NCBI GenBank assembly: GCA_038064855.1
Contig: JBBTSE010000007.1
Span: 238,097-302,096, forward strand
Length of the DNA: 64,000 bases
Source: Patescibacteria group bacterium
Lineage (GTDB): Bacteria; Patescibacteriota; Minisyncoccia; Ryanbacterales; GWA2-47-10b
Direction: 5' to 3'
Shown here: positions 10,139-15,944 of the stretch, piece after piece
Layout of the letters: every line of letters begins with the position of its first letter
Position numbering within the stretch: the first letter of the stretch is position 1
Notes under the pieces: model-generated
The model's input: only the letters and a program-made list of their open reading frames with translations
Told to the model about the DNA's origin: nothing
Database searches by the model: none
Program-made: the position numbers and the translations under genes

Positions 10139-10495
10139 ATGACAAATATACAACGCGCGGAATGGGCTCTCCGCATCGGCGTCGCTGGCGAATTTATCGG
10201 CCATGGCGTATTTGCGCTCCAAGGCAAAAAGGACTGGATTGCTTGGTTTAAAGTTTTTGGCGTAGCTGACGCAAGTGTCGCCACGCAACTCCTCTTTCTT
10301 ATCGGACTTATGGATATTGCACTCGGCATCGTGGTGCTCATCCGACCCATCAAACCACTTCTTTTGTGGATGGTATTTTGGGGCTTTTGGACGGCACTCT
10401 TGCGACCAATCGTGGGCCAACCCGTATGGGACTTTATCGAACGCTGGGCAAATTGGGGCGCGCCACTTGCCCTTTATTATTTAGCAAAGAAATAA
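10139..10495 (+). CDS. Small multi-pass membrane protein
   Basis: Three hydrophobic helices (IGVAGEFIGHGVFAL, LLFLIGLMDIALGIVVLI, LLLWMVFWGFWTALL). Start chosen at MTNIQ. The longer 10013 start adds a non-protein-like N-terminus. Confidence 0.5.
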   Translation: MTNIQRAEWALRIGVAGEFIGHGVFALQGKKDWIAWFKVFGVADASVATQLLFLIGLMDIALGIVVLIRPIKPLLLWMVFWGFWTALLRPIVGQPVWDFIERWANWGAPLALYYLAKK

Positions 10496-10508
10496 AGCGC
10501 GTTAAAAT

Positions 10509-10537
10509 AAAAAAAGCCCCTCAAAGGGGCTTTTTTA
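10509..10537. terminator. Rho-independent terminator, bidirectional
   Basis: AAAAAAAGCCCCT-CAA-AGGGGCTTTTTT: 7-bp GC stem with an A-run and a T-run on either side. Confidence 0.8.
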
Positions 10538-10921
10538 TTCTGTTGTCTTACCGTCAAAGTGTTCTTCGCGCTCATCTGCTTTAGTGTGATGCACTGTGCC
10601 ATCTTTGTGCTCAGGTGGTGAATAGATCGAGTAAAGTTTGAGCGAACCCATGCCTGTATTGATAACATTGTGCCGTGTACCCTTGGGGATGATTACAGCG
10701 TCATCTCCCTCTACCGCATGCTCGACACCGTCCAAAATCACCTTACCACTACCCTCTTCAAAGCGTATAAACTGATCGAGCTCGTGTACTTCTTCGCCGA
10801 TCTCCTCGCCTGCCTGCAAGCACATGAGTACCAACTGGCTATGATGTGCTGTGTACAGTACGCGCCTGTAATCAGTATTTTCCAGCGTCGCCTTCTCAAT
10901 ATTTATTTTGTATCCCTTCAT
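10535..10921 (-). CDS. Cupin domain protein
   Basis: Cupin motifs (HSQLVLMCLQAGEEIGEEVH, PKGTRHNVIN). Start at MKGYKI. Confidence 0.75.
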   Translation of the reverse strand: MKGYKINIEKATLENTDYRRVLYTAHHSQLVLMCLQAGEEIGEEVHELDQFIRFEEGSGKVILDGVEHAVEGDDAVIIPKGTRHNVINTGMGSLKLYSIYSPPEHKDGTVHHTKADEREEHFDGKTTE

Positions 10922-10943
10922 ACATCCACAGTATACTACCACT

Positions 10944-11165
10944 ATGACTATGCGAAATACTCTCACCCTGCGCTATTTTGCGCACAACCTCTCTATTGTG
11001 GTCGGCCTTGTGCTTATTTGGCGTGGCGTCTGGTATGTACTTGACGAACTCGATATACTCTTTTTCGGTGGCGGCCACGCCTATACGGCAATAGGCGGCA
11101 TCATATTAGGTCTACTCATTCTCTATCTTCCTGACCGCGATCTAAAAGAAATTCAAAAGCTCTAG
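10944..11165 (+). CDS. Small membrane protein (2 TM)
   Basis: Two hydrophobic helices, LSIVVGLVLIWRGVWYVL and AIGGIILGLLILYL. Start codon uncertain. Confidence 0.4.
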   Translation: MTMRNTLTLRYFAHNLSIVVGLVLIWRGVWYVLDELDILFFGGGHAYTAIGGIILGLLILYLPDRDLKEIQKL

Positions 11166-11182
11166 ATAGCAATTCGCTTTTT

Positions 11183-11216
11183 AAAAAAAATGAGACCCTA
11201 TACGGCTAGGGTCTCG
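11183..11216 (-). terminator. Intrinsic terminator, minus-strand orientation
   Basis: GAGACCCTA-TACGGC-TAGGGTCTC hairpin followed on the minus strand by TTTTTTTT. It overlaps the last codons of 11198-11494. Confidence 0.6.
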
Positions 11217-11494
11217 GGCGGTTTAGGGCGAGCGGCATCTCGCGCAAGGCGCCTTTCCATCTCGCGTGCAATCGAGAGCGCACAGAGCACCCGCCGCAGA
11301 TAGAAGTCGGCGGAATCATGCCTACCTTCAGGCGTTGGAATAGCATCCGCTATAGTGTTTTGGGGGTCGCGCATCTGGTACCACTTTTTCCTGCGGTGCT
11401 TTCTAGCCGCGTCATCCTCATCGAAGTTTTCTGCGATGTAGCGCCCCAAGTTGATCGCTGCAAACATCCTTGTCCAAGAAAGTATTGGACGCAT
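11198..11494 (-). CDS. Hypothetical protein
   Basis: 98-aa ORF, charged, with no recognisable motif. Retained because nothing stronger overlaps it. Confidence 0.35.
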   Translation of the reverse strand: MRPILSWTRMFAAINLGRYIAENFDEDDAARKHRRKKWYQMRDPQNTIADAIPTPEGRHDSADFYLRRVLCALSIAREMERRLARDAARPKPPETLAV

Positions 11495-11576
11495 TACTCC
11501 TCCACTCTTTGGCGAGTAGCAGTTACAAGTTCAAACGCAAACTACCACGCTCAAATGAAAAAGTCAAGAAATCTAT

Positions 11577-12497
11577 TTAGCGAAAAGTTACCGTACCGCT
11601 ATCAAACTTGAGATCCAAGATAAGCTCGCCGCGAGAGGTAAACTTATAGTGCGAAGTATCTCTGAGAAGCTTGATAAATTCGCTTTCTTGCGAGCCTTGG
11701 CAAGCTCTTTTTGTAGAAATGAGCGCGTTAAAAGTAATCGCACCATCGGCGCCCACCGCATAGTCGCCCCCCACTTGATTGCAGTCAGTGGTAGCGGCAA
11801 AACGCCCAAACTCAAGAAACTCGAGAGTAAAGGCTTCTTTCTGTTTTGGTTTTACTACGCGCTCATCATTGTACAGCGCCTCAACCCACACCCAAACTTT
11901 CATATTGAGCTTCATCACACTTGGGTCAGCCTCACCTTCAAACTCGGGTACAATCTCGCCAAAACTGTTTGACGCTACATCATACCTAAGGTGCAAGCTT
12001 TCACCCACGGTAGGTTCAGCGGTCATGGGCTCGCCACGCTCGCGATCAGCATAGTTTACGATCACATTGCCATTGCGATATTCAGTTGTTTGCGGAGCAA
12101 TGCGATCACCGATCAACACACCCGAAGTACCGCGATATCCACTCACCTCCTTGATAGCACCTACGAGGTAATAAAAAGTACCTGATCCACCGGTATTGTG
12201 CGTGACCAAAAACGCCGTATCAGCATCACCGTCATTGTCCAAGTCTGCCTCAACCGCATTGCCAAAATATCGCGTAGTGATCATGGTGGCAGATCCGGGA
12301 GCTGCGGATACTTCTGATACGCCGTCTTTGAGCGTGACATACTGACCATCGATGAGATAGGTACTATTTTTATAATCAAAACTAAATGTTTCTTGCTTTG
12401 GCTTTCCGCGGTATATAAAGAGAAAAAGACCAACCACAAGCGCGAGAATAATGAACAATAACGCCGCCAACCATCCGTAAGATTTCTTTTGTTCCAT
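11577..12497 (-). CDS. Hypothetical membrane-anchored extracytoplasmic protein
   Basis: Start at MEQKK, then a TM helix (WLAALLFIILALVVGLFLFIY) and a ~270-aa soluble domain. The longer 12533 start would run through an upstream terminator. Confidence 0.6.
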   Translation of the reverse strand: MEQKKSYGWLAALLFIILALVVGLFLFIYRGKPKQETFSFDYKNSTYLIDGQYVTLKDGVSEVSAAPGSATMITTRYFGNAVEADLDNDGDADTAFLVTHNTGGSGTFYYLVGAIKEVSGYRGTSGVLIGDRIAPQTTEYRNGNVIVNYADRERGEPMTAEPTVGESLHLRYDVASNSFGEIVPEFEGEADPSVMKLNMKVWVWVEALYNDERVVKPKQKEAFTLEFLEFGRFAATTDCNQVGGDYAVGADGAITFNALISTKRACQGSQESEFIKLLRDTSHYKFTSRGELILDLKFDSGTVTFR

Positions 12498-12521
12498 ATG
12501 CGCACCATACCACAAAAAAAA

Positions 12522-12560
12522 GCTGCCCGCCAAGGGCAGCTTTTTTAAAAACTATTAGAG
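12522..12560. terminator. Rho-independent terminator, bidirectional
   Basis: AAAAAAAAGCTGCCC-GCCAA-GGGCAGCTTTTTT. Confidence 0.8.
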
Positions 12561-12566
12561 CGATAT

Positions 12567-12899
12567 TTACGCACCCATCGACATGCACTCCATGATCTCG
12601 ACATATGCGCCCGGCATTTTGAGATGCGGACTGTCGGCCATGATTGCGGCTGCGGCATCTTGTGATTCTGCTTCCAAGAGTGAATATCCGCCGATTTCGT
12701 TTGAAACATCAGTCGTGCCAGTTGCGGCCACTCGCTTGTTTTTACCAAGTGGTGCACCAAGGTCAACAATTTCTTTATGTGACTTTGCCCATGTCATCCA
12801 TACATCCATCTCAGCCTTCATATCTTCATGGGTTCTACCCTTCATCATCTCTGCCATTGCTGAAGCGGGCATCATATACAATGCTATAAACTTTTTCAT
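12567..12899 (-). CDS. Small conserved protein of unknown function, paralog of 38217-38552
   Basis: 110 aa. Aligns over its full length with the 38217 product (MK.F....M.PA..MAE.MK...W..W...HK..V..LGK.KRV.A.G..DV.N...PH...PGA..EIME). Confidence 0.6.
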   Translation of the reverse strand: MKKFIALYMMPASAMAEMMKGRTHEDMKAEMDVWMTWAKSHKEIVDLGAPLGKNKRVAATGTTDVSNEIGGYSLLEAESQDAAAAIMADSPHLKMPGAYVEIMECMSMGA

Positions 12900-12938
12900 A
12901 TATATAATCTTTTTAATTAATAATGTCTCAATATTTTA

Positions 12939-13250
12939 TTATACCTTTATTTCTATCGAAAAAGTAACAATATCATCTTTTGCTATATCCTCTTTTCTAC
13001 GAATATCGGCTTTTAACGGCAAAAGATACGCGCCCGTTTTTTTGTCTGGAAATATTGAGGTTCTCCAGCTTGTTTTGCCGATAGCAACCTCGACCGGCAA
13101 ACTCCCCCACCCGCGCGCCACGCCGCCAAATATTTTTTTGATCTGGCTCGATTGTTTTTTTGGAAGAGTTATAAAATGCCACGCACTAGGCCCGTGATAA
13201 AGCCATACCTTGGCCCGCATAGTAAATGTATTGTTTTGCATATCTCTCAC
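12939..13250 (-). CDS. DUF1905-like small protein
   Basis: ~100 aa with the WHFITLPKK...IGKTSWRTSIFPDKKTGAYLLPLKADIRRKEDIAKDD pattern recalled for DUF1905 proteins. Assignment is from memory of the family, not a search. Confidence 0.5.
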   Translation of the reverse strand: MRDMQNNTFTMRAKVWLYHGPSAWHFITLPKKQSSQIKKIFGGVARGWGSLPVEVAIGKTSWRTSIFPDKKTGAYLLPLKADIRRKEDIAKDDIVTFSIEIKV

Positions 13251-13256
13251 AACATC

Positions 13257-13278
13257 CTCACATTCTTAAGTTTGTTGG
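13257..13278. promoter_or_regulatory. Palindromic element copy 1 (CTCACATTCTTAAGTTTGTTGG)
   Basis: 19/19 core match with one substitution. Lies just 3' of the winged-helix regulator gene. Confidence 0.35.
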
Positions 13279-13282
13279 TATG

Positions 13283-13570
13283 TCATTGCACAGCTTGAAA
13301 TGATTTGAGAAATTGAACAAAGGTTTTGCCGTAGGGTGAGAGTGAGTGTTCTACAAATTTGCCACGATAGGTCTTGTTGATGAGTCCTGCCAGATGCAGA
13401 CGCCGCGTGTGCTCGCCGATTGTCTTTCCGTTTGCCTCGAGTTCGTCAACGATGCCATCGAGAGTCACACCGTCGCGTTTTGCGATCAAAAGTAATATCG
13501 CAATACGATAATGATTGGCGATCCCCTTCAAGTGCCGTTCCATCTGCTTTGGTGATTTCATCTTTGCCAT
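13283..13570 (-). CDS. Winged-helix transcriptional regulator (ArsR/HxlR-like)
   Basis: 95 aa with [32 protein letters not shown]...[13 protein letters not shown], an HTH and wing pattern. Flanked on both sides by the CCAACA-N10-TGTTGG palindrome. Confidence 0.65.
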   Translation of the reverse strand: MAKMKSPKQMERHLKGIANHYRIAILLLIAKRDGVTLDGIVDELEANGKTIGEHTRRLHLAGLINKTYRGKFVEHSLSPYGKTFVQFLKSFQAVQ

Positions 13571-13591
13571 ACATTCATGATAAACGATATA

Positions 13592-13613
13592 CCAACATTC
13601 TCAAGTTTGTTGG
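13592..13613. promoter_or_regulatory. Palindromic element CCAACA-N10-TGTTGG, copy 2 of 3; candidate operator
   Basis: CCAACATTCTCAAGTTTGTTGG. Near-identical copies at 15336-15357 and 13257-13278 (one mismatch each). Lies between the regulator gene and the DHFR remnant. Confidence 0.45.
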
Positions 13614-13700
13614 CCTGTTGTGTTGTGTAAAGATTAAATGGGACCGTCCAACCTCCATACTTAAAACCGCCCGATACATCTTCCTCCGGCCCTCCTGGCG

Positions 13701-13752
13701 CCTGCATCACACCGTCTAACGTCACAAATTCAATTACAATTATTTTTCTCAT
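13701..13752. repeat. 52-bp direct repeat, copy 1, carrying the DHFR-like gene start
   Basis: CCTGCATCACACCGTCTAACGTCACAAATTCAATTACAATTATTTTTCTCAT is ~94% identical to 15372-15423. Confidence 0.8.
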
Positions 13753-13764
13753 GATGATATTTTA

Positions 13765-14154
13765 TTATAAATTGACTTCTTTAAATTCGAGCTGGGCCTT
13801 ACCTTCTTTTTTGCCGGGTTGTTGAAAGTTTATGAGCAAACCTTGCTTGATCTTGAGACGCCTCATATAGTTTCTGATCTGTGTATCTTCTGCGACTCCG
13901 AGCTCGCTCGATACCGCCTTTAATTCAACGAGCACCCTTTCTTTGCCGATATGCGCAATCAAATCCAAATACCCCTCGCCTACATAATGCCCTTTGTACA
14001 AAAGCTCTACTACTTTTTGTGAATCATACCTGATCTTTGCAGAACGAAGCCCGACCTGCATGGCCTTGTCATACACCGACTCGGTGAACCCCGACCCCAG
14101 CACCTTATAAACATCTTTTGCTATTGCTTTGATTTTTGATATATTTTTGTTCAT
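13765..14154 (-). CDS. GxxExxY family protein (PD-(D/E)XK nuclease superfamily)
   Basis: GFTESVY (GxxExxY) motif, then GYLDLIAH...VLVELKAV...GLLINF, matching the conserved core of GxxExxY proteins. Its ATG overlaps the upstream gene's stop (TAATG). Confidence 0.8.
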   Translation of the reverse strand: MNKNISKIKAIAKDVYKVLGSGFTESVYDKAMQVGLRSAKIRYDSQKVVELLYKGHYVGEGYLDLIAHIGKERVLVELKAVSSELGVAEDTQIRNYMRRLKIKQGLLINFQQPGKKEGKAQLEFKEVNL

Positions 14155-14546
14155 TATAAAATACTCGAATATTCAGAATAATTTTCTTTGATCAATCTTT
14201 TCCAATTCGTGGTTTCGTTTCCGCCGCCTAAATCATTTTTATGATATACGAGTAGAACACGAACTTTGCTTTCATCTCTATGAATCGCGATGATACATCT
14301 ATTGCCCGAGCCGTGACGAGACTCTTGGATGCCAGCGATCTTAAATTCAGTTTTACAAATCTTTATGCTCCTGTCACCTGAAACATATATGGTCTCTGCA
14401 ATACTTTTCTCAAACAACAAATCAACATAGGTAAACTCAAGCATTAAACCTTTTAGCGTTCGATCCCATGCGCCCTTATACTTCTTAGCAAAAGTTCGGA
14501 TGAAATGCCTTTCAGTGAAAGACCTAAAAACAACATCGTACTTCAT
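14154..14546 (-). CDS. Putative toxin, RelE/ParE-like, partner of the Panacea-domain protein
   Basis: 130 aa. The C-terminal GNRCIIAIHRDESKVRVLLVYHKNDL resembles the RelE/ParE GYRIIY...V.IL.IGHRKDIY core. Sits 2 nt after the Panacea gene and overlaps the GxxExxY gene start. Confidence 0.5.
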   Translation of the reverse strand: MKYDVVFRSFTERHFIRTFAKKYKGAWDRTLKGLMLEFTYVDLLFEKSIAETIYVSGDRSIKICKTEFKIAGIQESRHGSGNRCIIAIHRDESKVRVLLVYHKNDLGGGNETTNWKRLIKENYSEYSSIL

Positions 14547-14548
14547 GG

Positions 14549-15223
14549 CTAATATATCTCATCAGGATTCTCTTGGGTAAAAATATCGTATGAGACGATA
14601 TCGTTGTCTCCTGCAAACATGTACGGCATTTGTTTATGCGTGAATGCCACGATATCAACCGTTCGCCTTCCTTTCCATTTTTCATTGATTTTTTCAATTA
14701 ACTTCAACTCTCCTTTTGAGATTTCGGCTAGACTTGCCCTTGCACCACTCCGAGTTTGAGAAACGAGCATTGCACCATTTCCAGTTTGTTCTATAGAAAC
14801 CTCTCCAGCGTCAAACATCTCGTCAATAAGACGAAAATAGGTATCAGCGACTGGACCGTATTGGATTTTTCTATACTGCATGCCACTCATACTCTTGAGG
14901 TGTACATAAAACCAGCCAAAATCGGCGAAATAAAGCAACTTAGCCAATTTAGTCTTTGGTATATTTTTATTGATTCGCAAAAAAGCGTGTATCATTTGTT
15001 TATATTTCTCGTAGTTAGGAAGTTCCCCATGCTCTAAGTCATCGAGTGAGATGTTTAAAACTCCCGAGAGCTTCTCAAATTCTCCAAGCGTAAGCTCGCG
15101 CTTACCTTGCTCAATAGCAATATAGGAAGGCCGGGAAATGCCTAACTTCAAAGCCAAATCAGCCTGGGAAAGCGCTTTTTTAGATCGAGCGTCTTTAACC
15201 AATTTTGCATATTTTGTAACCAT
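14549..15223 (-). CDS. HTH-XRE + Panacea (DUF4065) domain protein; putative antitoxin and autoregulator
   Basis: N-terminal Cro/C1-type HTH (LSQADLALKLGISRPSYIAIEQGKRELTLGEFEKLSGVL). C-terminal TKLAKLLYFADFGWFYVHL...YGPV matches the Panacea/DUF4065 signature (KLqKLLYyA). Confidence 0.75.
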   Translation of the reverse strand: MVTKYAKLVKDARSKKALSQADLALKLGISRPSYIAIEQGKRELTLGEFEKLSGVLNISLDDLEHGELPNYEKYKQMIHAFLRINKNIPKTKLAKLLYFADFGWFYVHLKSMSGMQYRKIQYGPVADTYFRLIDEMFDAGEVSIEQTGNGAMLVSQTRSGARASLAEISKGELKLIEKINEKWKGRRTVDIVAFTHKQMPYMFAGDNDIVSYDIFTQENPDEIY

Positions 15224-15252
15224 ATCTACAGTGTATATTGATATGTAAAAAA

Positions 15253-15284
15253 GTCAAACATTGATGTTGATAAACTTGACATCA
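15253..15284. promoter_or_regulatory. Overlapping inverted repeats upstream of the Panacea operon; candidate operator
   Basis: GTCAA-N18-TTGAC and TGATGT-N11-ACATCA palindromes sit 30-60 nt upstream of the 15223 start codon (minus strand). Confidence 0.35.
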
Positions 15285-15335
15285 TAAATAGCTGGGAGCA
15301 TAGCTCTGTCTACAGTTTTCATCGTATGCAACATC

Positions 15336-15357
15336 CCTACATTCTCAAGTTTGTTGG
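15336..15357. promoter_or_regulatory. Palindromic element copy 3 (CCTACATTCTCAAGTTTGTTGG)
   Basis: Same element, sitting 14 nt from the second DHFR-remnant repeat. Confidence 0.4.
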
Positions 15358-15360
15358 GTT

Positions 15361-15423
15361 GTCCTAGTAAGCCTGCATCACGCCATCTAACGTCACAAAT
15401 TCAATTACAATGATTTTTCTCAT
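15361..15423 (-). pseudogene. Second, 21-codon remnant of the DHFR-family gene start
   Basis: [19 protein letters not shown], then directly the palindromic element. Confidence 0.55.
15372..15423. repeat. 52-bp direct repeat, copy 2
   Basis: CCTGCATCACGCCATCTAACGTCACAAATTCAATTACAATGATTTTTCTCAT. On the minus strand it encodes [19 protein letters not shown] (21 codons). Confidence 0.8.
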
Positions 15424-15944
15424 GGGCCTATATTATCACCCCTCATCCAACAATCTATGGAGGATCGTAAAAATTTAGCACCCCAAGACACCGATTCAGC
15501 GTCTCGAACATTTTTTATATTTTTTGCTCCGTGAAAAAGATTGCAACGAATTTGGTAGACAAAATCAAAGACCTGTTCTAAGTTACTTTCATCTTGCAGA
15601 TAAACCAGTGTATTTGCACCTGGTCGCATATCTTGGATTGGAGAAAACTCTTTTAATTTAACTGCGTAGTTTGCCGACAAATTCCACCTAGTTAAAATAC
15701 AATCCTTAAAATCACTCTTATTTTGGTAAAAATAATTTAGTTTATCTCGATCCCGACCACACCGAGAAATCTCGGTTAAATATGCATCGAATATCATCCA
15801 GCACAGCATGAAGTCAAGCCATGGATCTTGCCATATTTTAAGCTTTACATTATTTAACTTGGCATTCCACCAAAACATTCTTTCTTTAAAGTCTTGATTA
15901 ACTTCATTTGTATACGAAAGAACCATAAAACTATTTTGCTTCAA
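15420..15944 (-). CDS. Hypothetical protein with R-x4-H (HEPN-like) motif, 3'-overlapping the Type IIG RM gene
   Basis: 174 aa. YQIRCNLFHGAKN carries an R-x4-H spacing. Its start overlaps the last 14 nt of the RM gene, suggesting co-transcription. The HEPN call is inference. Confidence 0.45.
   Translation of the reverse strand: MKQNSFMVLSYTNEVNQDFKERMFWWNAKLNNVKLKIWQDPWLDFMLCWMIFDAYLTEISRCGRDRDKLNYFYQNKSDFKDCILTRWNLSANYAVKLKEFSPIQDMRPGANTLVYLQDESNLEQVFDFVYQIRCNLFHGAKNIKNVRDAESVSWGAKFLRSSIDCWMRGDNIGP

Larger units (their letters stand above)
13558..13752 (-). pseudogene. Truncated N-terminal remnant of a dihydrofolate-reductase-family (RibD_C-like) gene
   Basis: The first ~35 codons ([35 protein letters not shown]) match the conserved N-terminus of ~180-aa DHFR-family proteins. 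The frame then runs through the palindromic repeat as junk and into the next gene. Confidence 0.6.

Noticed and set aside
12583-13197. 204-aa plus-strand ORF spanning three minus-strand genes
   Set aside because: It runs across an intergenic terminator and overlaps two better-supported minus-strand genes. Its composition is not protein-like.
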